Positions 10,801-19,017 of a stretch of DNA of 64,000 nt are shown one piece after another (positions within the stretch are counted from its first letter, which is position 1; each line of letters begins with the position of its first letter). The stretch is from Candidatus Parcubacteria bacterium (GTDB lineage: Bacteria; Patescibacteriota; Minisyncoccia; Phycocordibacterales; Phycocordibacteraceae), in assembly GCA_034666125.1 (NCBI GenBank), contig JAXDML010000010.1:52260-116259 (forward strand), written 5' to 3'. Under the pieces are notes generated by a model, which worked only from the letters and a program-made list of their open reading frames with translations, made no database searches and was not told where the DNA came from. Position numbers and translations under genes: made by a program.

Positions 10801-13800
10801 CCATACAGGCAGGTGCGATCCCGTATGGAAACGGTACGGGAGCGCTTGCGACCACGACTGCGGGCACCAACGGAAATATCCTCGCCCTCTTGAACGGCAT
10901 TCCGACCTGGACCTCGACCTCGACATTCCTGCTTGAGACGGAAGTCGATACCGAAGCCGAACTCGAGACGCTCCTCACCGATGTTACGAACGTCTTCACG
11001 AACAACGACGGCGCTCTTGCTGACGACGACCTCACTAATAACTCCATCGAAGACCTCTCGGACGTCGCCGCCATGACCGAGAACTATGGCGACCTGCTCT
11101 ATTGGAACGGAACCGCGTGGGCGGATATCGCCACTAGTTCCCTCGGCCTCGTGACAAGCGCGCTCACCTCGATCGGTCCGGCAGGGCAGCAACAGACCGG
11201 TCCTGCCATCACCCTCGCAAGCTCCACTGCAGGAACGGACTTCACCATCACCGCCGCAGGGAACACAGTGACGTTCAATCTCCCGACCGCTTCGGCTACG
11301 AATCGTGGCTTGCTATCAAGCGCCGATTGGTCGACCTTCAACGGCAAGGAGAACGTGCTTTCCTTCACCTATCCGCTGGTGCGCACGGTTAACAACATCT
11401 CCCTCGCCTTCGGCACGACGACCTCGAACACCTGGGCGGGCACCCAGACGTTCAACAACCTCGTCGCCACGAACGCAACCACGACTTCCTTCGCTATCGG
11501 AAGCGATTACATCACCGACCTCACAGGCTCCGGTCTCACGGTGACCGGAAACGCACTCACCCTCGACCGCACCGGCGACTGGACCGGTACCTTCGACGGC
11601 CAAGAAGGCACGTACTATCTCGCACGCGCCAATCACACCGGGACGCAACTGGCGAGTACGATCAGCGACTTCTCCGAAGCCACCGACGACCGCGTCGCCG
11701 TCCTCATCCAGAACGGCACCGGCATCTCGTGGAGCTACAACGACGGCGCGAACACGTTTACGCCGACCGTGACCCTCGCACCGTTCACCACAACCAACCT
11801 CGCGGAAGGCACGAACCTCTATTACACGGATGCACGGGTGAACAGCTATATCGCGGCCTCCACCACCATCCCGAAGACGTATACCTCTAATACGTTCACC
11901 GGGCTCCAGACCCTGAACGGAGGACTCACGCTCGGCACACTCAACGGCCCGCTCCAAGCGAACGTGGGCGTCGTCTCCGCAACGACCAGCATTGGCGTTC
12001 TGTATGGAGGAACCGGCCTCACTATCGCGCCGACGTACGGACAGCTCCTCGTGGGCAATGCCTCGGGAGGGTATACGCTGACGGCGACGTCGAGCTTGGG
12101 ACTGGCCTCCGCAGCGACCGCCTTCATCCAGAACGGCAACTCGTTCGGCGCGACCGCCGTACTTGGTACCAACGACGCGAACGACCTCCAGTTCGAGACG
12201 AGCGGTACGACGAAACTCACGATCCTCCAGAACGGCAACGTCGGCATCGGCACGACGACTCCGTCGAATCTTTTGCATGTCTTTTCTTCCTCCGCAAGCC
12301 CCCGTATTCGCGCAGAAACTTCACTCACGAGCGGATCGAGCGGATTTACCGCAGCAGGAGAAAGTACCACGGGTTTCGCGTCGTTCAGTTGGAATAATTC
12401 AGGCGCAGCGAATTCGACTTTCTTAACGTTACCGAATGCCGGACTCGTACGGGCAGGTTCAGGAGCATCCGGTGGGCTGGTTCTGGTCAATGAAAATACT
12501 TCCGCGCCCATTATCTTTGCGACGGGAGGAAGTTCCTTCAGCAACGAACGGTTGCGCATCGACAGCGCAGGCAATGTCGGTATCGGCACGACTACGCCGT
12601 TCACGATGCTTTCGGTAAATGGGAACATAGCAGGGAATCATCTCGTCCCGAACGGCGCCTACACGGATAACCTGTCTCCGTACGATCTCGGCGCGATCGG
12701 GAGCCGATGGAATGCGCTCTGGGCCGGAACGCTCAACATCGGCACAAGCACGTGGAGCATCAATAACGGGAGCGATGGAAGGCTCAGTGTGTTCGATGCG
12801 GCATCAGGCGGCGGCACTGAACGATTCTCAATACTTACGAACGGTAACGTCGGCATAGGCTCGACCACGCCATTCGCCAAACTGTCGCTTGCTGGGGGCA
12901 ATTTCTGGCAGACAGCCGGTGATCCGGTGATCGCAAGCAGTACTGACACGACCGCTGCGGTGAACGGAGTCTATGTCGCCGGCAGATATGCCTACCTGAC
13001 GCCGAACTCCGCGAGCCCCGGGCTCGTCATCATGGATGTTTCCAATCCGAGAAGTCCCGCTCAGGTCGGCTCAGCTAACACGACCGGTAACGCTAAGAGG
13101 GTCGTTGTTTCCGGAAGGTACGCCTACGTGCTCTCGGCTCGGCTACACATCTTCGACGTCACGAATCCGGCGAGCCCTTCCGCGGTGGGGAACTACAATC
13201 CCGGTGTCAACATACCGAACGACATATGGGTGTCGGGCAAGTACGCTTACCTCGCACGCAGTAACTTCAGCACGGGCGCCGGTTCCCTGGCCATCGTAGA
13301 CCTTTCGAATCCTGCACTCCCGATAGCGGTCAGTAGTATAAACTCTCCGGACAGCACACGGCCTTTCAATTCCATTTATGTATCGGGCAGATATGCCTAC
13401 GTCGGAACGACGGAAGTATCCGGCACCACGGGCAGGCTCTATATTTATGACATTTCGAATCCGACCGCACCGAGCCTTGTTGGAACCTTCAACGCGACCA
13501 ACCGCGTGACCGGCGTCTATGTTTCGGGCAGATATGCCTACTTATCAGGACTCGGAACGACGTCGGGGCTCGAGATCGTGGACGTTTCAAATCCCGCGTC
13601 CCCAGCGCTTGCCGGTTCCTTCAACACGGCGAATGACGCTATGCGCGTACAGGTGTCGGGCAACTACGCCTACATCGCCGAGGCCGGGACCACGGACGGT
13701 ATCGTCGTGGTCGACGTGTCGCAACCGGGCAGTCCAGTGCAGGTCGGGTCCTACACCACCGCCAATAGCGCCAATAACCTCTACGTGTCAGGCAAGTACA

Positions 13801-16800
13801 TCTACGTCGCGACCAACGGCACTACTGGCGGATTCCAGGTACTTGATGCGGGAGGAGCGCAGCTGCCGCTTGCAAGTATAGGAAATATAAATACCAACCT
13901 GCTTACAGTGGACGAGAACGCGAACTTCGGCGGCGAAATCTATGCGCAAGGCGGCATCAACGCCGGTATCTCCGGCATCTTCTCGCGTGGCACAATCTCC
14001 GCGTACGTCGCATCGTCGACTCAAACCAATCCCACGGTCGCCAACTTCATGGGTGGTTCGGTCGGCATCGGTACGACAACGCCATATGCGGCGCTTTCGG
14101 TGGTCGGGATCAACACCGCCGTGCCGACGCTCTCGATCAAACCGGCGGCGTCGCAAACAGCAAATATTCTCGACCTTTACACGTTCGGCTCACTTACGTC
14201 AGTCATCGATGCGGCGGGTAACTGGGGCATCAGTACCACCTCTCCCTGGAAAACGCTCTCGGTCGGTGGTGATTTTTCGCTCACTGGCGCGTTCTTTGAT
14301 AGTGGAGCATCCTCGGGGACGAACGGCATGGTGCTCCAGACCACCGGGTCGGGCACGCAATGGGTCGCCACTTCGTCGCTCGGCATCAGCGCCGGCCTCA
14401 CGGGCTCCGGCTGCTGCGGTCAGGTCGCGTATTGGAACGGTGCGAGTTCCCTTACCGGTGACGCGGCCTTCACGTTCGACGGCACGAACCTCTCGCTCGG
14501 TACCGGCCAGTACCTGGTCACCGATTCGGAAGGCGCTCCCGGCTACTCCTGGACGGGGGACACGACGACCGGCATATATCACGCGGGTGCCAGCACGATC
14601 GGCTTCTCGACCGGCGGGATCGAACGGATGCGCATAGACGGGAACGGCTATCTCGGCATATCGACGACATCGCCGGGACAGATGCTATCGGTGGAAGGAG
14701 ACGCATACATAAGCGGCGCCACGGTGATCGGGGATACCGGGCTTCCGCTCGTCGGTCCAGCGCTTACCGTGAACGGCTTTACGGGCATCGCTTCCTCATC
14801 GCCCTGGGGCCTGCTCTCGGTGAATCCGAACGCAATCGGTACCGCTCCCTCCTTCGTCGTCGGTTCCTCGAGCGCAACGAACTTCATTGTCGCGAACGGC
14901 GGCAGCGTGGGGATCGGTATGACGGCACCCTCATCGCGGTTCCAGGTGGCCGATATCAATAGGTTGTCGGGCACGTCGGTAAGTTCGGCCGGTTTTGGAA
15001 ACACGAATCTCTCGGTCTACACGACTGATGCAGCAGCTACCAACGTGGGAGCCGTCATTGGGCTCGGAGGAGCGAACCTATACGGCGGTCTGAAGGGCGC
15101 AAGTCAGAGCGGCACTTCAGCCGGATACCTTGGCTTCTATACGAATTCCTTCAGTATCATCACTGGGAACACGTTCGCAGAGCGAGCCCGTATAACGTCT
15201 AGCGGCCAGCTTGGCATCGGAACGACCACGCCGTTCGGCCTGCTGGCGGTCGCCGGGCCTATCGCTGGCAATCATATCATCCCGAATGGTCCATATACCG
15301 ATAATCTTTCTGCGTACGACCTTGGCGCAACCGGAAGCCGCTGGAACGCGCTGTGGGCCGGTACGGTCAATATCGGCACGAGTACCTGGAGCATCAATAA
15401 TGGCAGCGATGGACGACTATCGTTCTTCGACGCCGCATCGGGCGGCGGGAACGAGCGCCTCTCCCTGCTTACGAACGGGAATGTCGGCATCGGTACGACT
15501 AGTCCTGCGGCCCGTCTCGCCATTACAAGCAATGCAGCCATTACAAGCGATAGCATCGATACGTACTTAGCAAACACCGTGAATGCTGGAACTGTGTCGG
15601 GTACGGATCGACTTATTACTGGCAACTATACTACGCTTTCCCCTACAGTTACGCTTGAAGGCGCTACCCTAAGCGCTATCGCAAATAAAACACTAGTTAA
15701 TGCTGGAAACGTTACTCTTGGCAGTACCGCGCTCTCTGGTGTTTCAGGAAGTCTCATTGGAGACTCTATAGAAGTTACCGGGAGCCCCATATTTAACGAC
15801 CCGGATGGTAACGACGAGCTGAATGCCACGTTTATCGGAACCCAATCTTATGTCAACCTTGTACCCTCGGTTACCAGTGTCTCAGGCGGTAACCTAGCTT
15901 CGTATGGAGGATTGTTCACTAACTCTTCTTCCAACAGTAGCGGCAACCTTGGTGCCGGCGCGTACGGAGTTTCAGCGTTAGTAGGTGGCAACCCTCTTGT
16001 TAATGGATATCGTTACGGTTTTTATTCCACAGTTTCAGGTACATCTAACGAAAACACGGGTTACTGGGGAGCCGTTAGTGGAGGCACGGGTTCAAACTAC
16101 GGCTCAACTCTTATTGTCAGCGGTGGAGCCGTCAGTAATTACGGAAACTACGTGGGCATAAGCGGAGGTAATAACAATTACGGGTCGTATATATCCCTAC
16201 AAGCTAGTTCTACCAACTATGCGATTTATGCGACAGGTGGCGCGCAAAGCTATTTTTCTGGGAACGTCGGTATTGGTACCACCACTCCGTGGGCAACACT
16301 TGCGGTAAATCCAGTCGCTGGGGGAGCATCGAACGCTTTCGCCATCGGCTCTTCAACAGCTACGAGGTTCTTGGTGACTAACGGTGGAAATGTCGGTATC
16401 GGCACTACCACCCCAGGCACCCTCCTCTCGCTTGGAGACACCGGTGCGAACACAATCAATATTTCGGCTACGGCGACCTCGACATTCGGCAGCGGTATCA
16501 ACATCCGGACGGGCTGCTTTGCGGTGAACGGAGTGTGCGTCGGCGGAGGCGGAGGCGGGACGATAAACTCTGGAACGACCGGCCAGTTCCCGTACTACGC
16601 CGCGAACGGCACGACGCTCACGGCGACCTCGACGCTGCTCGTATCTACGGCATCGAACGTCGGTATCGGTACCACTACTCCTTCCGCACGACTCGCCATC
16701 ACGGGTACCGGTACGGGTACCGGACGAGCCTTCGCCATCGCGAACTCGTCCGACGCTGAACGGCTTTCGGTTCTCGATAACGGCAGTACCGCCATCATAA

Positions 16801-18953
16801 GCAGCTCGGCTACGGCATTCACTGTCGGTCCAAGCGGCGCGACGAATCCCGTGCTTACCTTAAACGCTTCCACGGGAAGCGGCGTGACCGGTATATCGAT
16901 AACCAACGGGACTACGGGTGGCACTACCGCTATCGTAGCGACCGATTCAGGCTCCAACTCGTCCCTAAGCATTAACCCGAAGGGAACCGGCACCCTTAAT
17001 TTGGGCACGACAAATACGGGTAACGTTGCTATAGGAAACAACTCAGCAGGGTCCAATATAAATGGATCCTCCGTCGCACTACGTGTAGCCGGCTCTGATC
17101 GTATAAGTCATATAGGATCTGCGGTCGCCTTTACAGTCACAACAGCCGCTACGGCGTCATCCATCCGCTATTCCTTTGCCGGTGCTGCAGATACGAACCT
17201 CACTGCCTCAACCGAAGCTCCAAGCACCTACTTCAATCTCGGCCAGACCCGTCAGCACGCGACTGGCGCGTTGACGCTTCAGCGCGACTTCCGCATCACG
17301 CCTTCCACGCACTCCTTCGCCGGCGCCTCGGCGCTGACGACCGCCGCTACTTTCGCCCTCGATTCCGGCCCCATCGGCAGCACGAACGCGACCATCAGCA
17401 CGTCGACCGCGCTCCTCATCGGCGGTGTTGGCAGCACCGCGCTTGCCAATACGACCAACGGCTACGGCCTCATGGTCTTCGCGCCGACCGGCGCCACCAA
17501 TAACTACGGCGCGTCGTTCGTGACCGGCAACGTCGGCGTTGGTACGACCTCGCCGTGGAGCAAGTTCTCGGTTACGGGTACCGGCGCCTGGGACGGTCTC
17601 GCGGGAACCGGCGATACGCTTCCGCTCTGTATCAATAACACTACGAAGGAGATCGTCGCGAAGGCGACTGGCGCGTGTACGACCGGCTCGGACGCCCGGC
17701 TGAAGGAGAACATCGTACCGCTGCGGGATTCGTACGGCCTTTCCTCGATCGATGCGCTCCGTCCGGTGGAGTTCGACTACAAGGACCCTTCGTTCGGTAC
17801 AGGTCACCAGGAAGGCCTCATCGCCCAGGAGGTCTTGAGCATCTTCCCGAATCTCGTGAGTACGTCGACGCCGACCAGATTCACGCCCGATGTGACCTAT
17901 ACCCTCAACTACCAGGGGCTCGTGATCCCGATGGTAAAAGCGATCCAGGAGCTGTCCGGACGTACCAGCGCGCTCTCGCTCGCCACGTCGACGCTGTCAG
18001 TGCGCCTTGGCGTGGTCGAAGCCGGCCTGGCTGACGCAAACGGAACCACGGTCGGACCTATAACAGCGACTACGCTGAGCGCAGATTCGGCCAACGTGCG
18101 CGGTACCGTACATGCCGCGCGCGTAACGGCTGACGCATTCATGAGCGCGCCGCGCTACTTCGCTCCGGATACGGAAGAATCGTTCGCGGTCGGCTCGACG
18201 ACCCAGATCGTGCACGCGCCGGCCGAAGCGCTCACGTCCTCCGGCGTCGATATCTATAAGCTCGCGACGTACAGCATCGCCCGTATCCAGTCGCTCGAAG
18301 GCCGTATGAGCGAGTTCGCCTCGCGCCTCGATCTTATCGATGCGCGTCTTGCCGCACTTGAGAGCCAGGCAGGCACTGGTCTCGGCGGGCTCTTCGCCGG
18401 CGCATTCGAAAACGTGGACGCGATCGTCGAGAACGGCATCGCGTACTTCAGGAACATCAAGATCGGCTCGCTCCTGGTCGCGAAGAACGACAACGGCACC
18501 TCCGCAGCCGGAGTAGGCACCATCCTGGAAGGGAATACCGTGGTCGAGATCGCGAACCCCCTCGCGCGTCCTTCAAGCAAGATATTCATCACCCTTACGT
18601 CGCCGCTCGAAGGCTCGTGGTACCTCTCCGACAAGGGAGACGGCAGCTTCCGCGTCAGACTTTCGCAAGCGCAGTCGTCGGACGTGACGTTCGACTATTT
18701 CATCGTCCAGACGGAAGGGAACGACCAGACGCCGCAACCGCCGCAGGAAGGGGACGAGCCTCCGCCACCTGACCCAGAGCCGAACCCAGAGCCGAACCCA
18801 GAGCCAGAGCCGACTCCGACACCAACCCCCGAGCCGGAACCAGAACCAACGCCCGATCCTGAGCCGGCTCCGAACCCAGAGCCGGAGCCGGAGCCGGAGC
18901 CCGAACCGACCCCGGAACCTGAACCTGCTCCGGAACCACCTCCCGCGCCCTAA
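1839..18953 (+). CDS. Giant (5704 aa) surface fibre/adhesin: N-terminal HTH, TM helix, tail-fibre-like repeats, LVIVD repeats, peptidase S74-like chaperone domain, Pro/Glu tail
   Basis: Single 17.1-kb ORF. HTH LISTKEASIISGYNPDYLARLCRAG...IGRTW; TM GFAFALALWVVALSGYASV; many GNVGIGTTxP repeats; VSGRYAY...LxIVDVSNP repeats (~12900-13850); SDARLKENI at 17688; PEPEP tail. Confidence 0.9.
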   Translation: MSSLLTNDLISTKEASIISGYNPDYLARLCRAGVIAGKRIGRTWCLERTSLDTFIRTQQAHKQEIAHTLSETRSREYREAHQEPVTPGVPSAEKAAPAAYVPLVPARRSVPIHLRPGFAFALALWVVALSGYASVSDAFIGTARDAGRLAYDLAVVRAITYDGPAVFLASRDEPAPNVPDLHIPDQDVLVAEAAQVAASDVTLPDMATRHNESRSAATLAGSVGASRIAAVSAFFRTPGASFAMLRDTGVGAYVRMGASIERFAHDTLVQYATTVESAGADSLELASAARDMAAFAPARAEAIRIAYERGIYAWVERTPDVARGITERTLALGDALGGGATLAPNVVGNASRDVAIAVAAGIATPTRGPVDSTTPTGIAAASDAHLAAGVAAAPAALVRSLEQSVFSAVRAAHIALTGGVRLLAGLFDDLSVALTSAPERIVTILTPAASGPGAYTATTTNTTYVDRFIGDTTVVRNYYPQTFLGGVSREEIDARFTAFDSLMRRNIESALRRRGGGGGGGGGGGSISLNDPTFTGTLTTDDAVVNNNLSVGNDTTIGGNLDVGGDANVTGTLTVGSFSVSNLSANNTVVAPRFIGTSTSEASVFPNIIATTSVTDNATSTNLYATNFGIGNSYFTSLLGNGLVNTGGMLSVSTSSLASGFFQNGGNAFGVPAVLGTTDNQPLSLITNNTTAATILGNGNVGIGTTSPFTKLSVGGDAYVGGNVTATGTATVQGLSIGSLSGFLKATAGTVATSLVSLASDITGTLPVGNGGTGSTSLTGLLVGNGASPVQTASVTAPLVLTGTTLSINQANASQDGYLSSTDWNTFNNKIASTSLSGGTGISYNPATGVITNTGVTSTTGDWTGTFDGQEGSYYLANSFSTTSAAYFLSQNGGSAFSTTSANYWLSTKSTSDLAEGSNLYYTDGRVNTFINGSSTIPKTYTNNVFTGGNTFTNASSTDLYVANTFRGAGLTACNTSASKLLYDAVTGQFNCGADAGAGGGITAIGAQYSPYQTGSTQTFATTSDTNIGLVITSAGDTHTFTPTFTGTLAVPRGGTGSSTLSGILLGNGAGPVQTLGIGPGLALAGGTLSVSTTSFSGPGSNFNADLLDGQDGTYYLDRANHTGTQTASTISDFNAAVNTYIHGSTTIPKTYTANTFTATQTFGNLVATNATTTSLGLNSETFTDLTGSGLLNVGGTLTLDRTGDWTGTLDGQEGAYYLARANHTGTQLASTISDFSTTARGLFAATYPIQYDSGTGLFNLAFGTTTSNTWAGTQTFNNLVATNATTTSFGINGETFTDLTGSGLSNVGGVLTVSTSSLANLNADLLDGLDSTYFLANSFSTTSANHWLTTKSTTNLAEGSNLYYTDARVNSYIHGSTTIPKTYTNNTFTGTQTFNNLVATNATTTSLAVGTDYITDLTGSGLTITGNALTLDRTGDWTGTFDGQEGTYYLNRANHSGTQLASTISDFSEATDDRVAVLIQNGTGISWSYNDGANTFTPTVTLAPFTTTNLAEGSNLYYTDGRVASYINASTTILNDSTEAGLETFLTDVANVFTNNDGALSDDDLSNNSIEDLSDVAAMTENYGDLLGWNGTTWTDFATSSLGLITSAVQNIGPAGQTADGPTVTFATTTSTTNGITSALTVTGSGDTLTFTPSQSGTLTVPGGGTGASSFTAGNLIYGAGTGALQSVATSSVSSGTGISFTGTPGALVGGTPLTISNTGVLSFNGRTGAVTPQSGDYTTTIVAEGTNLYYTDARVNSYIHGSTTIPKTYTANTFTALNTFSAGASTTQLTATGNAYLATAGGNVSVGGTTASEKLTVTGNILSSNLAGVGNRCVYADLNGVLRVAADNCGLAGAGGDDLGNHIATQNIQLNNNWLSNDGGSEGVSIDNSGNVTMSGDASAASFTRGGDTITDFTGTGLTVISGALTVSTSSLANLNADLLDSLDSTYFLANSFSTTSANYWLTTKDTDDLAEGSTNLYYTDGRVNTFIAGSTTIPKTYTNNTFGGTQTFNNLLATNATTTSFGINSETFTDLTGSGLLNVGGTLTLDRTGNWTGTFDGQEGTYYLARANHTGTQLASTISDFNDAVANYVNASSTILNDSTEAGLEAFLTDVTNVFTNNDGALNDDDLTNNSIEDLSDVATMTENYGDLLYWNGTAWADIATSSLGLPTASITNIGPTGQMADGPNVTLATSTSAFNGLTSSLTITGSGDTLTFVPALSGTLNNAGLTNSTVSYGGVTLSLGGSDATPAFDLTDATNLPIVGGTTGTLTVPRGGTGQVSFTASNLIYGAGTGALQSVATTTVSATGPLSFTANPVVIGASPITLSLGTVDISSNTNLAATYPIVLTGDTLSLAFGTTTSNTWAGTQTFNNLVATNATTTSLGLNGETFTDLTGSGLLNVGGTLTLDRTGDWTGTFDGQEGSYYLNRANHTGTQAASTISDFSEATDDRVAVLIQNGTGISWSYNDGANTFTPTVTLAPFTTTNLAEGTNLYYTDARVNSFVHSSTTIPKTYTANTFTGAQTFNGGLTLGTLNGPLQANNGIVSATTSIGVLYGGTGLTIAPTYGQLLVGNSSGGYTLTSTSSLGLITQAVQNIGPAGQMADGPNVTFATSTASFNGLTQGITITGSGDTITFTPSLSGTLGVGGGGTGAASFAYGLVLSPGGTGALTNIATSSLGLLTTNVAEGSNLYFTDERVDDRVAVLIQNGTGISWSYNDGANAFTPTVTLAPFTTTNLAEGSNLYYTDARVASYINASTTILNDSTEAGLEAFLTDVTNVFTNNDGTLADDDLTNNSIEDLSDVAAMTENYGDLLYWNGSAWADIATSSLGLLSTAVTNIGPAGQMADGPTVTFATTTSTTNGITSALTITGSGDTLTFTPSQSGTLTVPGGGTGATSFTAGNLVYGTGTGALQSVATTTLSGNSQIALSQPVVVIGASPSVLSITADSIGDAQLAFNTGQNLTTASSPTFASLTLTNPLAVTSGGTGWAAIQAGAIPYGNGTGALATTTAGTNGNILALLNGIPTWTSTSTFLLETEVDTEAELETLLTDVTNVFTNNDGALADDDLTNNSIEDLSDVAAMTENYGDLLYWNGTAWADIATSSLGLVTSALTSIGPAGQQQTGPAITLASSTAGTDFTITAAGNTVTFNLPTASATNRGLLSSADWSTFNGKENVLSFTYPLVRTVNNISLAFGTTTSNTWAGTQTFNNLVATNATTTSFAIGSDYITDLTGSGLTVTGNALTLDRTGDWTGTFDGQEGTYYLARANHTGTQLASTISDFSEATDDRVAVLIQNGTGISWSYNDGANTFTPTVTLAPFTTTNLAEGTNLYYTDARVNSYIAASTTIPKTYTSNTFTGLQTLNGGLTLGTLNGPLQANVGVVSATTSIGVLYGGTGLTIAPTYGQLLVGNASGGYTLTATSSLGLASAATAFIQNGNSFGATAVLGTNDANDLQFETSGTTKLTILQNGNVGIGTTTPSNLLHVFSSSASPRIRAETSLTSGSSGFTAAGESTTGFASFSWNNSGAANSTFLTLPNAGLVRAGSGASGGLVLVNENTSAPIIFATGGSSFSNERLRIDSAGNVGIGTTTPFTMLSVNGNIAGNHLVPNGAYTDNLSPYDLGAIGSRWNALWAGTLNIGTSTWSINNGSDGRLSVFDAASGGGTERFSILTNGNVGIGSTTPFAKLSLAGGNFWQTAGDPVIASSTDTTAAVNGVYVAGRYAYLTPNSASPGLVIMDVSNPRSPAQVGSANTTGNAKRVVVSGRYAYVLSARLHIFDVTNPASPSAVGNYNPGVNIPNDIWVSGKYAYLARSNFSTGAGSLAIVDLSNPALPIAVSSINSPDSTRPFNSIYVSGRYAYVGTTEVSGTTGRLYIYDISNPTAPSLVGTFNATNRVTGVYVSGRYAYLSGLGTTSGLEIVDVSNPASPALAGSFNTANDAMRVQVSGNYAYIAEAGTTDGIVVVDVSQPGSPVQVGSYTTANSANNLYVSGKYIYVATNGTTGGFQVLDAGGAQLPLASIGNINTNLLTVDENANFGGEIYAQGGINAGISGIFSRGTISAYVASSTQTNPTVANFMGGSVGIGTTTPYAALSVVGINTAVPTLSIKPAASQTANILDLYTFGSLTSVIDAAGNWGISTTSPWKTLSVGGDFSLTGAFFDSGASSGTNGMVLQTTGSGTQWVATSSLGISAGLTGSGCCGQVAYWNGASSLTGDAAFTFDGTNLSLGTGQYLVTDSEGAPGYSWTGDTTTGIYHAGASTIGFSTGGIERMRIDGNGYLGISTTSPGQMLSVEGDAYISGATVIGDTGLPLVGPALTVNGFTGIASSSPWGLLSVNPNAIGTAPSFVVGSSSATNFIVANGGSVGIGMTAPSSRFQVADINRLSGTSVSSAGFGNTNLSVYTTDAAATNVGAVIGLGGANLYGGLKGASQSGTSAGYLGFYTNSFSIITGNTFAERARITSSGQLGIGTTTPFGLLAVAGPIAGNHIIPNGPYTDNLSAYDLGATGSRWNALWAGTVNIGTSTWSINNGSDGRLSFFDAASGGGNERLSLLTNGNVGIGTTSPAARLAITSNAAITSDSIDTYLANTVNAGTVSGTDRLITGNYTTLSPTVTLEGATLSAIANKTLVNAGNVTLGSTALSGVSGSLIGDSIEVTGSPIFNDPDGNDELNATFIGTQSYVNLVPSVTSVSGGNLASYGGLFTNSSSNSSGNLGAGAYGVSALVGGNPLVNGYRYGFYSTVSGTSNENTGYWGAVSGGTGSNYGSTLIVSGGAVSNYGNYVGISGGNNNYGSYISLQASSTNYAIYATGGAQSYFSGNVGIGTTTPWATLAVNPVAGGASNAFAIGSSTATRFLVTNGGNVGIGTTTPGTLLSLGDTGANTINISATATSTFGSGINIRTGCFAVNGVCVGGGGGGTINSGTTGQFPYYAANGTTLTATSTLLVSTASNVGIGTTTPSARLAITGTGTGTGRAFAIANSSDAERLSVLDNGSTAIISSSATAFTVGPSGATNPVLTLNASTGSGVTGISITNGTTGGTTAIVATDSGSNSSLSINPKGTGTLNLGTTNTGNVAIGNNSAGSNINGSSVALRVAGSDRISHIGSAVAFTVTTAATASSIRYSFAGAADTNLTASTEAPSTYFNLGQTRQHATGALTLQRDFRITPSTHSFAGASALTTAATFALDSGPIGSTNATISTSTALLIGGVGSTALANTTNGYGLMVFAPTGATNNYGASFVTGNVGVGTTSPWSKFSVTGTGAWDGLAGTGDTLPLCINNTTKEIVAKATGACTTGSDARLKENIVPLRDSYGLSSIDALRPVEFDYKDPSFGTGHQEGLIAQEVLSIFPNLVSTSTPTRFTPDVTYTLNYQGLVIPMVKAIQELSGRTSALSLATSTLSVRLGVVEAGLADANGTTVGPITATTLSADSANVRGTVHAARVTADAFMSAPRYFAPDTEESFAVGSTTQIVHAPAEALTSSGVDIYKLATYSIARIQSLEGRMSEFASRLDLIDARLAALESQAGTGLGGLFAGAFENVDAIVENGIAYFRNIKIGSLLVAKNDNGTSAAGVGTILEGNTVVEIANPLARPSSKIFITLTSPLEGSWYLSDKGDGSFRVRLSQAQSSDVTFDYFIVQTEGNDQTPQPPQEGDEPPPPDPEPNPEPNPEPEPTPTPTPEPEPEPTPDPEPAPNPEPEPEPEPEPTPEPEPAPEPPPAP
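4400..12120 (+). repeat. Shuffled intragenic repeat modules of the giant gene
   Basis: By eye: 9x AEG..NLY(Y/F)TD, 6x RANH(T/S)GTQ, 4x DDRVAVLIQNGTGISWSYNDGAN, 4x NNSIEDLSDVA.MTENYGDLL; near-identical at DNA level (e.g. ~6231, ~9157, ~11661). Confidence 0.9.
18733..18950 (+). repeat. Pro/Glu low-complexity tail
   Basis: (PE/PN/PT)n encoded by degenerate CCRGAR hexamers. Confidence 0.85.
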
Positions 18954-19017
18954 CGCGTACCATAGATAGACCGGTGCCGTGCTACACTTTGCCCATATTC
19001 CTAGCCATTTTTAACGT

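Noticed and set aside
4400-12120. Repeats as a CRISPR array or DGR template/variable repeats
   Set aside because: They are in-frame coding modules differing mainly at synonymous sites; no repeat-spacer periodicity, cas gene or reverse transcriptase in the window
1839-18953. Prophage tail-fibre gene
   Set aside because: No capsid, terminase, portal or integrase nearby; flanked by gatB and gap; has HTH+TM N-terminus
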